A stretch of 63,793 nucleotides of DNA, filler included, from Octopus bimaculoides (GCF_001194135.2; 5 parts of 5 records of this genome joined end to end with filler, not necessarily neighbours in it); one strand, 5' to 3'; shown: positions 38,609 through 51,553, counted from the whole stretch's first letter. The notes: generated from the sequence alone by a model not told the origin. A program made the numbers and translations.

Positions 38609-39125
38609 TGAGTGAGAGAGTAGTGCATGCCATCAAAGTGACACTGGGGTAAAATATATGAAGCCCATTATACCCATCATGACTACCCGTCTGATAAGGG
38701 TGCACCAGGCACATGCATCACAACCATATGTGCGTGAAATGATGATCTCATATCAAGATAAACAGCGCATGACCTTGCAGGCGGGGCCCAACAATCAAGT
38801 CTCTTCCAGGTGCTTTTCCATCCTGGAGTTTCTGGGCCACAGTTTCAAGAGTTTCACCATCAATGTTGTATGTCTTGGATGTAATGCAATAACTTATTTT
38901 GATTTCTTCCAGCCACAGAGCATCTTGGTTAAATTCCTTCTCTTCACTTCAGATTTTCTTCCAGGAGTCTATATCTTCTCATGAAGGAGCTTCTGTAATG
39001 TTTATTGATCCTCCTCTCATGTCTCTGTATGCTGCTGCCTGCTTCCGGTTAAATTTTTTGCTTATTGTTCTTCTCTCGTTTATTCTCTTCTGATGTCGGA
39101 GTTTTTCGCTGACAGCTTTTAGCTT
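36253..39125 (-). mobile_element. R4/Dong-clade LINE (RT, CCHC and restriction-like endonuclease), decayed and interrupted
   Basis: KAPGRDLIVG, KNY*PIACQNLMY, KKAFDSVPHSW, GIFQGDSLSVMLF, FMDDSKLY, CRF..H....C, NRPDIMIWDRE..VVEISCPA, FIPVIIGVQG, GTVKICKTF. Includes a 41-bp tandem duplication at 37456-37533. Confidence 0.92.
38445..38775 (-). mobile_element. Nested insert: putative Dong 3' UTR, (TAA)n tail and a piece of a second Dong ORF
   Basis: Interrupts the host ORF right after LIVG; (TAT)n at 38531-38607; 38445-38530 encodes RALKRKYNIERKGLNVVIEELKQRLIAK, a pre-RT Dong-like segment. Confidence 0.65.
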
Positions 39126-39749
39126 CTACTAGAGGCTAATCAGTTTGCAAGTGTGTGTCTTTTTTTTTTTTTGTTGACTCCAAACATCCTTTCTATCACC
39201 TTCTTTACTTTCTGTTGGTGGGGCGTATAGTGATTTGCTTGTTTGCATGCAATAAGCATCATTTCATGACTGATGGTCTTTCGTAAACCATGTATGTATG
39301 TGTGTATGTATGTATGCGTGTGTGTATGCTCATTAGCCACCAACAGAGCCGCAAATGCAAAATATAAGTTAGTCCTAGAGCGCACAGTGTTCCTGAAGGT
39401 CGGCAATGGTCATCCTCGGTCACGAGTGGACGGCCATCACGTGTATGCATATATATATATGTATGCATATGTGTATGTTTGTTTGCATGTATTCTGTATA
39501 TTCATGTGTTTATGTGTTGATGTTTGTGTTTGTGTGTGTGTGTGTATGTGTGTGAGTATGTGTGTGTGAGTGTGTGTGTGTGTGCGAAGTGTGCATGTGT
39601 GTATATGGTCGTATATTTCAGTCTTCTTTTGTTTATGTATGTGTGTATGCGTCTATGTGCTTATCTCTCCGTATTACGTATGTATCTATCTATCTACTTA
39701 TCTATCAGTTTACTTACATATCCATTTACCTACTTTTATATATATATAT

Positions 39750-39846
<97 letters not shown>

Positions 39847-40965
39847 TGTGTGTGTGTGTGTGTCTACATAACAGCCTACTAGCAAATCTACTTGTGTATG
39901 TATAAACTGTGGCTATTGGGGTATCGCTACCTTCTATGTATATCTATTTAATACTGGGGATGTTTCATTTATGAGGACGTACTCCTGTATTGTCTGAGTA
40001 TTGGGTCCTTCAGGTGCTTGGATAAAATGCAGGTGTCAAGTCGACCCTGAGTGCCTCCATGATTATCTGTTAATATATCTGCTATAACTTGTTCATATAT
40101 TCGCTGCTAGATACAAGGAAAAAGGAAGGAAGGAATGGGGAGGGAGGGAAGGAGGGGACCGTGCTGATTTTAGTAGAGAACAATTCGGTAGAGATTGACG
40201 CGGTGAATCACTGGAGTTGTGAATGTTAGGAGAGTGTATAGAACAAAGGCAATCTTTTAATAGGGAAAATTACATCAGATGCAAATTCAGATTGTAGATT
40301 GTTATTGTTTAGTTCAAGACTGAGCCCTGATAGAATACACCTATGATAAAAGAGTTTTCATTTGAAGATATCAAATGGTTTGGTGATGGAAGAAATGTTA
40401 TATACAAAAGTCATAACTGGAAATGATTATCACATGCCCTCAATATGAAATACTCTATGCATTAAAATTTCTGAATAAATTCAAGTAGTGTGGAAAATGT
40501 AAGAATTTGGAAATGTGTATACGTAGCCAAATAAATGCCTTAATTTATCAAATTCTTGATGTATTGGCCAGATTAATTGCTAGTAACAGTACTCAAAATT
40601 AAAATAAAACTAACCAATAATACTAGTGAGGAACGTTTCTAAAATTTCTGAAAGCTTAACTTGAAAATACAAGGTGTAAAGGAAATGACAATAGAAGTTA
40701 TTCTCATTCAAACAAATGAAATAGCTCTGAATAAAATAGTCAGATTTGTAACTTAATCATAAAAGAATATGTGAATACATAATGAACTGAAGGGGTTTGT
40801 GATGGGTGGGGAAAATTAAAACTTTCACTGAATTCCCAGCCTTCCTGGGAATAAAAAGATTTCATCTAACTCACAGAGCTATTCAATGCTGATGGAAATT
40901 CAGGAATTAAAAGAACCAGTTTGTGCATATATCTCTTATGGTTATACACATAAGTGACATTATTC

Positions 40966-41024
<59 letters not shown>

Positions 41025-41416
41025 TGTATGTATGTATGTATATGTATGTGTGTGTGTGTATGTATTGACACACATAGATAGGAGAGGAAGGGAAAGAGAC
41101 AAATAGGCATATAGGCATTTAATTCAACATACATGCACACACAGAGGCTAAAATATATTAGTAAAAGTATATGGCTGAATATGTATGTAGTATATATGTA
41201 TATAAATCATGGTCTAAGGTATGACCAAATTGTTGACAAATTTATTTCGCAAACACGATGTTTTTGGTTCAATTTCACTGCACTATGGATAAGTATCTTC
41301 AACTATACCCTAGTCAACTCAAACTGAAGACACATAAAAGAGAATCTATTATTGAATATGATGACAAACCTCTCATACTATTTGATGTTAATTATTACAG
41401 ATCTATCTCTCTTTCC

Positions 41417-41450
<34 letters not shown>

Positions 41451-41784
41451 TAAAAATAAATACAAAAAAAAGGGTTTTGTATGATCGTGTATAGAGGAAT
41501 ATATTATTTTATTTAAAAGAGTTCCAACTTTGTCTGTTTTTTATGTTTTTTATTTATATTCTTGTAAAATTTATGTGGGATATAGAATATGGAATATATA
41601 ATATATAATATAAAAAAAGATGGATGGTACAATGAAATGAAGTATTGAATGTCTTATTGAATATATGAAATATTGAGTGTTCAATATATATGTATATAAT
41701 TTTAAAAAAGGAGAAAAAACAAGAAAAAAGCACAATGTGAGAACGTAGCACATGCAAATGTAGATATATATATTTATTAGTATG

Positions 41785-41819
<35 letters not shown>

Positions 41820-41830
41820 NNNNNNNNNNN

Positions 41831-42010
41831 ATCTTCGAAACGCCGAGTTTAGATTTGAGGCAGCTGATGAAGGAAAAGTTCCATAAGTGGCTTGTCTGTT
41901 TTCCTATGTGTTCATTCTGTTGTCCGTAAAAGATGTCCATTTTTTGTGCTTTGTTTATGTTCCCGTTCCTTTTTGTCCACTTTTTTTGACGTCCTGTACT
42001 CGGATATGCA
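41831..42010 (+). mobile_element. Degenerate hammerhead-like repeat fragment with T-rich tail
   Basis: cagCTGATGA-a-GGAA-aag-TTCC-ataa at 41864-41886 (GAAA not intact); T-rich tail runs into a microsatellite. Confidence 0.4.
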
Positions 42011-42077
42011 TCTATATATACATGTAGATGTAGGTATGTACATATATGTATATATGCATATGCTCACATATCCTTTG

Positions 42078-42163
<86 letters not shown>

Positions 42164-42360
42164 GTATGTATATATATATATATACATATATATATGTATA
42201 TATGTGTATATGTATATATGTATATATATATTTATGTACATATTTACGTATGCATGTGTCTATATATACTATGTGTGTATGTGTGTATTTATACATGATT
42301 GTGTGTGTATATACACTCACACACACACGCACGCACACATTTCTATGTATATGTAGATGT

Positions 42361-43160
42361 AGGCATGGTAATATGGTTAAGAAGCTAGTTTTGCTATCAA
42401 GTAGTTTCAGGTTCAGTCACCAAGCAGCATCTTAGGTAAGTATTTTCCACTATAGTCCATGCCAACCAATTCCTTGTAAATTAATTCTGTGCATAACCAG
42501 TGTTATATCATTTCATTATCTTTTACTTCTTTCCACCATTACTAGTGCAATGCCTTGAAGGGTTTAGTTCACGGAAGCAACTCCAGTACTTATTTTTTGA
42601 AGCCTGGTACTTCTATTGGTCTCTTTTTGCTGAACCACTTTGTTGCAATACATAAATAAATCAACAGTGATTGTCGAGTGATGGTGGGGATGGGACAAAT
42701 ACTCACATATGGACATAGATATGAACATTTGATGGACATTGTATTGGCACAGAGCGATCCGACAAACACATGTACGTGTATATGTGCATTTGTGTTTTTG
42801 TCTTTTACTGTCTGAAAACTAGGTGAATACTAGAATGAGTACCAGATTTAACCCCTAGCATTCAGATTACTCAGTCAAATATACTGTTTACTTATTCACA
42901 TTATTTTGAATCAATCACACATTATCTTGTACCTTTGAGATTTTGATGATAAGACTGTTTCTATTTTAAAAAAACATTGTAGGGCAGGCGTGAGAGGCCG
43001 ATGTGTCCAGTTTGTACATAATATATGTAAAATATAAAGGTCTGGTGCAGCCGGTTTAAATACTAAAGGGTTAAAAGAATTGATCTTATAAACTAAAACA
43101 CTTCAGTGCGGAGCTCCAGCATAACCATTGTCCAATGAATGATTGAAACAAGTAAAAGAA
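42361..43160 (+). mobile_element. SINE family A, diverged, split by a TTAA MITE
   Basis: aggcatggtaatatggttaagaagc head; gaatgagtaccaga-TTAA [insert] TTAA-aagaattgatc; gagctccagcataacc...gattgaaacaagtaaaagaa tail. Confidence 0.75.
42852..43070. mobile_element. piggyBac-type MITE (219 bp)
   Basis: TTAA at 42848-42851 and 43071-43074; ends cccctagcatt and aatactaaaggg are imperfect inverted repeats. Confidence 0.7.
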
Positions 43161-43163
43161 CAC

Positions 43164-43247
43164 GCAATACATAAAAATATGCAATACATATAAATATGCA
43201 ATACATATAAATATGCAATACATGTAAATATGCAATACATATAAATA
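43164..43247. repeat. 17-bp minisatellite, about 5 copies
   Basis: gcaatacatataaatat at 43164, 43181, 43198, 43215 and 43232. Confidence 0.9.
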
Positions 43248-43410
43248 TATGCATATTACATTTATATATTTACAATTTTAAACAGATATATTTATATATC
43301 CAAGCAAGATACAAGTGTGTGTATGTGTACGCCCAATGTGCCATACAGTGAGACTGAACCTGGAACCATGTGGCTGAGAAGTAAACTTCTTACTACACAG
43401 CTATATATAT

Positions 43411-43810
43411 CATCATCAACATCATCATCATCGTTCAATGTCCACCTTTCATGCTGAGATGGGTTGTCTCCTAGCTGGTGTCTGTCTTGGTTTGGCTTTT
43501 ACAGCTGGATGCCTTTTCCTAACACCAACCATCCCACAGAGTGGACCCAGTACTTTTTACATGACACCAGCACGGGCAAGATCAATTTTGGCATAGTTTT
43601 TTACTGCTGGATGCCCTTCCAAATGCCAACCACTTCGTAGTATGGAGTGGATGAGTTTTACGTGGCACCAACATCAGCAGGATTACCAAGTAACTTGCAA
43701 GACAAGGAATTTTGAGAGGAGAGGGGACATTGGATAAGGTGTTCTTGTATCAGATAATGAAAGGTTAAGGTGTGACAGAGAGACAGAAACAGGTGTCTTG
43801 CTATAGAAGT
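43411..43810 (-). mobile_element. RTE-type 3' end with (GAT)n tail, diverged
   Basis: catcatc...cgttcaatgtcc, cagctggatgccttttcctaacaccaacc; related to 50975 and 51968. Confidence 0.75.
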
Positions 43811-43837
43811 GGTACAAGGTTATTTGGCCATATGTGT

Positions 43838-43869
<32 letters not shown>

Positions 43870-43961
43870 NNNNNNNNNNNNNNNNNNNNNNNNNNNNNNN
43901 NNNNNNNNNNNNNNNNNNNNNNNNNNNNNNNNNNNNNNNNNNNNNNNNNNNNNNNNNNNNN

Positions 43962-44012
<51 letters not shown>

Positions 44013-45204
44013 CAGAGTAAGCACATAAATGTGAAACAATAGTACTTGAATACCAGAAGTAGAGTAATATTGTTATTAAAAAGCAGCAAAAATATCACAC
44101 AAACGGTTACTCCGAATTTCACATTCCCGTTCGTCGGACAGTTTTGTTTCATTGGTCCTTTCAGCTAACGGTCTTTTCAATAACTGGTTGCATGAAATAA
44201 CAAATTGCGGTTTAAAATCATATTATTATAAAAATCGGAGAAGACCTTAAATCAAAAATAGCTTATGAAGAAGGAAAAAAGCCTGAATACCCAGGGTAAT
44301 TAATTAGCTGTAAAAATGATAATAAATTAATAAGATATATCCGTTAAAGTTTCATGCTAAAATACATGCACTAAACATACAGACATAGGTACGTGACTAT
44401 ATACATTTACATACATATATAGGCAAAACATGAATATATACAAATGCATTCATATGTATGCCCGTACGCACACGCACGCGCCCAAAACCTCCTGATGTAT
44501 GCTTATACAACTTAGTTGTTACCGGCGAAAGAAAAAAATGAAAAATTTCAGCGAATAACAAGTGGTGGTAAGGAGAAAGGAAAAAGAAGAAAAAGAAATA
44601 AAAGAAAGAGAAAATTAGAGAGAGAAAGGAAAAATAGATACAGGTAGAGAGAGGGAAATTATTGACGTTCCTATAAGTATCTAACGAAAGATACTTCGTT
44701 CAACTTGCGAAACGCACACCTGTAAAAAAAAACAACTAAAAATGACATGCCTATCAACATAAATACAAACATATATAGATACACATATAGACAAACATAC
44801 ATATACATATAGACACGCATACAAATATACAAATAAATATGTACGTAAATACATGCCCACATATATATATGCATATACATATATATATATATATGCATAT
44901 ATATATATACATATACACATACACATACATATACATATATATACTCATACACACATATACTTACATATACATACACATTCCTACAATACACACATATACA
45001 TATATATAGAGACATATATTCACATCAAGATAAGTATATACATCATAACGTATATACGCAAACATTTTTAAAACCTGTCTGATATATATAAATATGAAAA
45101 TGTTAAAATAAGAGAATTGCACAATAAATTAATATGACATAATTAGATGCGTGAGTAAACAATAAAAATAAACCCCGATGAAGCTTAAGCTTAAATTTGT
45201 AAAA

Positions 45205-46290
45205 CAGTCGAGTTCCAGATTATCTTTGCAATTTCGGTTGGTTATACTTGAGATTGCTCTAATCTGGCCAGTCCCAAGGCTTGTTCGCTGCGTTCTTCCA
45301 AGGAATCTAGTGCTCTTAGCTTAGGTTTTCCTTGGGGCTGGCCAGATTGGAGCAATCTCGAGTATAGCCAACCGAAATTGCAAAGATAATCTGGAAATCC
45401 ACTGAGGAAAGAAAACTCGGACAGACCCGTCCTTGTTTTCTTTGTATCGTCTGTCTGGATGTTTTGTTGTCCCTTTTTTGTATCACCTATTGTCTGGGGG
45501 TTTTGCGTTCTTGTCCTATTTTTGTATTTTTTATATATAAAAATATAGCGGAGTACATACACTTTGGTCTCTTATATGTAAGTATATATATAGATAAATT
45601 TTGTACGACTCTATTATTCTCTCTATTCTTTCATTCTTTCATTCTTTCCTTCTTTCTATTAGCTCCTTCACACTTCGTTCATCCCACTCTTCATTCTTTC
45701 GTTCCCCTTCTCACATTTCCTGGCCTTCTCTTCACGCTCACCTTCCCTCCTTTTTCACTTCATTCTATCCCTTTCATTTTTTCTCGCCCCTCCTTAATTC
45801 TTCTACCCCTCTACCTTTACCTCTCTCTCTTCTCTCCCGACGTGACCGGTGTTCGGCTAAGCCTGACTTTTCTTTCTTGGTTTGACTACATTCCGTGCAA
45901 CATCTATATTCCTCCCTGTGCCTGTCAAATCTTATGTCCTTGCCGTAAGGTTTTACTTCCACACACGACAGCTTAATCTAATTCGTCCTTAGTCGAAAGA
46001 CACCCGTTGTTAATGTCCTGTTATATGTATACCACTTCATTTTTTTTCCGTCCTTGTTTTCGTATACATTCGCTGTTTTATTCCAAGGAATCTAGTGCTC
46101 TTAGCTTAGGCTTTCCTTGGGGCTGGCCAGATTGGAGCAATCTCGAGTATAACCAGCCGAAATTGCAAAGACAATTTGGAACTCGACTGAGGAAAGAAAA
46201 TTCCGAAAGATCCGTCCTTGTTTTCTTTGTATCGTCTATCTGGATGTCTTGCGTTCTTGTGCCATTTTTGTATTTATATATATATTAANN
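45205..46290 (+). mobile_element. Composite repeat: truncated inverted copy plus two direct copies 785 bp apart (Penelope pseudo-LTR-like)
   Basis: Inverted arms at 45205-45279 and 45330-45404; direct repeat ttccaaggaatctagtgctc... at 45296 and 46081; CTGAGGA...(G)AAA motifs at 45402 and 46187. Confidence 0.7.
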
Positions 46291-46939
46291 NNNNNNNNNN
46301 NNNNNNNNNNNNNNNNNNNNNNNNNNNNNNNNNNNNNNNNNNNNNNNNNNNNNNNNNNNNNNNNNNNNNNNNNNNNNNNNNNNNNNNNNNNNNNNNNNNN
46401 NNNNNNNNNNNNNNNNNNNNNNNNNNNNNNNNNNNNNNNNNNNNNNNNNNNNNNNNNNNNNNNNNNNNNNNNNNNNNNNNNNNNNNNNNNNNNNNNNNNN
46501 NNNNNNNNNNNNNNNNNNNNNNNNNNNNNNNNNNNNNNNNNNNNNNNNNNNNNNNNNNNNNNNNNNNNNNNNNNNNNNNNNNNNNNNNNNNNNNNNNNNN
46601 NNNNNNNNNNNNNNNNNNNNNNNNNNNNNNNNNNNNNNNNNNNNNNNNNNNNNNNNNNNNNNNNNNNNNNNNNNNNNNNNNNNNNNNNNNNNNNNNNNNN
46701 NNNNNNNNNNNNNNNNNNNNNNNNNNNNNNNNNNNNNNNNNNNNNNNNNNNNNNNNNNNNNNNNNNNNNNNNNNNNNNNNTGTGTGTGTGTGTGTGTGTG
46801 TGTATAATATGTTAAAACTATATATATACTATATATATATTACATTAAATGTTATATCTGTTTTAAAGAATTTCACGTTGGATTACATATACATTTAGCA
46901 GTATATACATATACCAAACCATCTATAGTATACATACAT

Positions 46940-47814
46940 ACACTAAAATGTATGGTAAAAAGGGCCCACGTCAGAAGAACGAAAACAAGAAAGCAAAGGA
47001 GGTAGAAGAGATAACTGTGATGCCGGCGGAGCAAACACCTGTACCAGATGAAAAAGCAGGCGAGGGGTGGGACACAGTAACCTACAAGAGGAAAATGAAT
47101 CCACCTTCCTCTGATAAGGAAAAGAAAAAAAACAAGTGATCAAAGACAATATAAAAAACCTAGAAAGAGAGAAGAAAACTGTTACATGGCGGTTCGCAGC
47201 TCCAATCGAGATCTAGCGAACCAGCTGGCAGTGATCCATGCAGAGAAAATGGACAACTCTGAAAATAAGAATGGTTTTCACATCTTTAAGACAAATAAAA
47301 AAAAAACTATAGAATATTGGCTAATGAATTTCGTAATGATGTAGGCCCTCCCAGATTGGACATTACTGATAATCTATATGAGAGTCTCATCACTCCGACA
47401 ACACGAGCCCGAGAAAAAGAAAAGGAGGCGGATAACCCTCCACCTCCAGACATCGAATAAGGTAAGTCACTTTAATGGCTGTTCACGTAGGATGCATAAA
47501 TGTGCGTGGCCTGGCGTCAAACTGGAAACAAGGACGTTTCCTAAATGACGTCAGGGCACAAGGTTTAGATGTCATTGTTGCTATTGAAACTCGGTTAAAA
47601 GGGCCAAGAGATCTGCTCCCGCTCCTGAGTGGCTACAAGAGGTTCGCTTCTCCAGGCCCGCCGGGTGGCAGGGGTGGGGTGTTGGTCCTACTTAAAAGAA
47701 ACCGAGTTTTAGAGAAAAAGTTGATTTTTTCTGATCCAGAAGATAGGCTGGTCGTTTTAGATCTGACGTTCAGTTGTGGTAAGGAAATCAGGCTGGTTGC
47801 AGTTTATGCACCTA
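46940..47814 (+). pseudogene. Tx1/L1-like LINE: ORF1 C-terminal region and ORF2 APE endonuclease start
   Basis: ORF 47475: GCINVRGL, DVIVAIETRL, GRGGVLVLL, DPEDRLVVLD, RLVAVYAP (APE motifs); upstream Lys/Glu-rich ORF1-like sequence with stops. Confidence 0.85.
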
Positions 47815-47957
47815 ANNNNNNNNNNNNNNNNNNNNNNNNNNNNNNNNNNNNNNNNNNNNTTAATTAATTAANNNNNNNNNNNNNNNNNNNNNNNNNNNNN
47901 NNNNNNNNNNNNNNNGACTTCGGCCTTTAGATCGCACCGGCTGAAAGTTAGCAAGGT

Positions 47958-48191
47958 GAGACATACATAAGAAAGAAGAAAGCAAAGGACCACTGATGAG
48001 GTCACAGAAGTGTGACAAAAGAACTCTGGCCGAAATAAGATTAATGTAATATAATGTAATATAGAGCTGAAGCAAATTAACACCCAATATACAGTGCGTG
48101 TGTTTTTATTGACTAAACTGGCAAAATGACCATCCCCAAGTACAACAACATCTGTTTCAACACACGATTTCACATAAAAAATCTTGCAAAG

Positions 48192-48196
<5 letters not shown>
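47958..48196 (+). mobile_element. Hammerhead-bearing repeat, copy 3
   Basis: ggaccactgatgaggtcacagaagtgtgacaaaagaactctggcc at 47987-48031 (G12>A); ends aatcttgcaaagcaaa followed by (TA)n. Confidence 0.8.
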
Positions 48197-48234
<38 letters not shown>

Positions 48235-48248
48235 TACANNNNNNNNNN

Positions 48249-48284
<36 letters not shown>

Positions 48285-48288
<4 letters not shown>

Positions 48289-48437
48289 TACAGACCTGAA
48301 AGTAAATTTCAAATGCAGTATAGCTGTGAAAAGAGCTAAGGAAGATGGAGTAAATTTGCCAGCAGGTAGCTATGGAGATTCGAACTCTGTGCCTCTCAAA
48401 TACCGGCTGAGTGCTCCGTACCGTTAAGCTCTCAGCT
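48285..48437 (-). mobile_element. Short tRNA-derived SINE-like element of a fourth type
   Basis: Minus strand A-box-like agcttaacggt and B-box gagttcgaatc, then a non-tRNA body ending at (TA)n; single copy in the window. Confidence 0.45.
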
Positions 48438-50384
48438 TCCATCATGGCCTTAAGACAGTTCTGGAATCTGTTGCATATATTCCTCTCTCGCTCTCTCTCT
48501 CACACACACGCGCGCACACACACCTCTTTGAGTGTGTTTAAGTTAGAATACAATGGCTCAGATAAAAGAAAATTACTACAGCCAGTGTAACTGACCTATG
48601 AGATGAGATTTCACTAGCAATGAGATTTGGTGCCAATTTTTCTATAATGGCTAGATGGGAACCAATGTTTACATTGGCAATGTGTACATTACAAATGTAT
48701 AATCTATACAAAACAGTTCGCAGTTAATGATAGAATTTCAGCTGCTGCTTGCCCCAAAAGTATTTTCCAATTTTGTCAACAATACAATTGTTAAATGACA
48801 AACTACTTGGTTAGAAGAGAAATAACATTATCATTGACATCATAAAGTGAGAAGTGATTCTAATAGCACCATAGAACATTCCAAATTTTTTATGAATTTT
48901 CTTCTCAAAAGTATTAATATGATAAGTACAAAGAGTTTCTTTGATCTTATTAAGTTACTTTCTTTCTTTCCATTCTTTAGCTGTATACAAATTAGTGAGT
49001 GTCTTTAACATGTCTTACATCAATTCTTCACCTCATATGTTACTGAATCTAAGGAAAGCTTTTTGTTTTCTTTGCTTTTAGTAATTAACATAAATTTTAC
49101 AATCAATCGATGACAGAAATTTCTACAGTAAGTGTTGGATGTTTTGCATCTTCAAACCATTCTCATGGCATCAATATCAGATTATTGATGGAAGTCACCA
49201 TGTGTTGCTGTGAAGGCATTACAAAATTTATAAAAGGCTTGCTTAGGCTGCTGGAAACAAACATAAACTAAATGGAATAAAATTATCTTGTTAGTCGTGA
49301 ATGTTATTTTAAACATAGATGTCAAGAAAATAACAGCCCTCATCCACTAAGTGTAGACTAAACTTGACAGATACCATTCCTGTGATTTTGTTTCAGATTT
49401 AATTTTTTCAAACATCTGACACTTGTCATTGAATGTAAAGCACTATATATCTGAGTAAGTGTAAAACTCTTCTAAAACAGCCACTCGATGAAATATGCTA
49501 CAGCTCTTTTCAGCTGGTTTGTTTTAGGACAGCTAGCATTAATGTGGAAACAATGAAAGATAGAATCAAGAAACTGTAAGAATTGTTAGCACTTAGACAA
49601 CTTGATGTGTGCTGTCTGTAGAAAATGTGTTTGATATCAGCCAAAATCATCTCAGAATAAGTAGACATTTATTAGTTCATCTAGGTAGGTACCAGCATTG
49701 GAATAGGAGGCTGTTGGCACATTCTTACAAAAGATACAACGTAGGAAATATATTTGATGTTGGAGTGAATTGCAGAATGCAATACTTAGGGTTTTTATTG
49801 TTAAATGGAAAAAGTTACTGTTATGCAATCATTTGTGAAAAACCATCTTCATTACAAAGAAGTACTTTTAATAAAAGGAAGTTATTTAAAAGCAGATCAG
49901 AAGTGTATGTGTTGAACCTGAGAGCAACTAATATTAACGGAAAAACCCTTTGATATATGTTTCTGTTGTTAAGAAAATAACCACAAATGGAATAAATAGT
50001 GTAGAAAATAGTATTCTAAAGCAAACAACAATGGCAGAATATTTGTCCAAAATAAGAGATACGCCTCATTTAATAGAATAATGTATAACATTCATTATTC
50101 TACTCCATGCGGGGTATAAACAGATGATAACAGTTACTGATAGGAGATGGTGAGCAAAACGATTAACGACTGTGTTAACGATACTTGAAAATAGTTGCTT
50201 GGATATTAGAAGTTAAGTTTATCACATAAACACAGAGAAGTGTTATCCTTATATATTTCCCCCCTTATTAACTGCAACAAAAGCAAAATATACATTCCCA
50301 AGAGGGAGAAATTAGAGGACTTCAAGTAATTAACCAAGAATAAGGTTATAGAAAATGTCATGTTGTTTTGCAAGCAACTTGCAC

Positions 50385-50960
50385 ATGCAAGGGCTTCCAG
50401 TCGAAAGCCCCACATACCGGAAGCCAGCTAGCATGTGTATGAAGTCATCAGGAGAGGATGTGCGCCGTTTCGGGGCTTACCTTGCGACAGTATCATTGTG
50501 CACTTGACCCCCACCCCAATCACTGACCTGAAACCCCACTTGCTAGATCAACTGGTTATCAAATAGCTCAATATTCTTCTAGCCATTGCTCATCATTGCT
50601 TTTTAACAAAATCCAGTGGCTAGTCCTTTCCACTGTAATTTGGATATCGTTCTTGGTGGTATTTACTTTGCGATGCATTAAGCCTTACGATAACAACAGT
50701 CACCTCACACTGTGTTTAATGAATCCTCTACATCTGACTTCAATTCGAAAATGCTCTGCTTTCCAGCCTGTGTCTTCACATTCCTTAAGGATATTTAGAT
50801 AACGGTCAGTCTTTCGAGCCTGAGCGGCATCCATGATATCTTCATAAGGAACCATTAACTCGACTAGATTCACAACTTTCTTTCCTTTACACCACATTGA
50901 AATGTCTGGTTTTCTTGTAATTGGGATGGAAAAGAACCCTTGGCACTCTGGTAAATCTTC
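50385..50960 (-). pseudogene. HERO/R2-group LINE 3' end (restriction-like endonuclease and UTR)
   Basis: RKPDISMWCKGKKVVNLVELMVPYED...RKTDRY...GWKAEHFRIEVRCRGF, then ERTSHWILLK. Confidence 0.85.
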
Positions 50961-50974
50961 AACAACTTTGCAAC

Positions 50975-51220
50975 CATCATCATCGTTTAACATCTGCTTT
51001 CCATGCTAGCATGGGTTGGACAATTTGACTGAGGACTGGCAAACCAGACAGCTACACCAGGCTCCAATCTGATTTGGCAGAGTTTCTACAGCTGGATGCC
51101 CTTCCTAACACCAACCACTCTGAGAGTGTAGTGGGTGCTTTTACGTGCCACCCGCACGAGGGCCAGTTAGGCGGTACTGGCAATGGCCACGTTCAAAATG
51201 GTGTATTTTTCGGGCCACCT
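50975..51220 (-). mobile_element. RTE-type 3' end with (GAT)n tail
   Basis: catcatcgtttaacatctgctttccatgctagcatgggttgg...cagctggatgcccttcctaacaccaacc. Confidence 0.85.
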
Positions 51221-51302
51221 GCACAGGAGCAATATCAAAACTATTTCAAGACAGGGTTTAAGAAGACAGAATTTAGGGAGAGGCTTGTTTAAGGATCTTT
51301 CT

Positions 51303-51503
51303 CTTTTATCTTCTACTTGTTTCAGTCGTTTGACTGCGGCCATGCTGGAGCACTGCCTTAGTCAGATATACCAACCCCAGTACCTATTTTCTAAAGCTTG
51401 GTACTTATTCTATTGATCTCATTTACTGAACCACTAAGTTATGGGGATGTAAACACATCAGTGCTGGTTGTCAAGCAATAGCGGAAGGACATTACAGGCA
51501 CAA

Positions 51504-51553
<50 letters not shown>

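Noticed and set aside
39900-40090. Minus-strand QIIMEAL... weakly like a GIY-YIG C-terminus
   Set aside because: A single weak motif with stops; not enough to call a Penelope fragment.
49182-49250. Possible terminal exon QPKQAFYKFCNAFTATHGDFHQ* after a good acceptor on the minus strand
   Set aside because: Could not be linked in phase to the upstream candidate chain and no homologue is recognised.
49609-49953. 114-aa ORF in unique AT-rich DNA
   Set aside because: Non-ATG start, background-like composition and no recognisable domain.
50440-50476. GAAAC...CTGATGA on the minus strand of the HERO-like 3' UTR
   Set aside because: Hammerhead-like words are present, but stems I-III cannot be paired; treated as ordinary LINE UTR.
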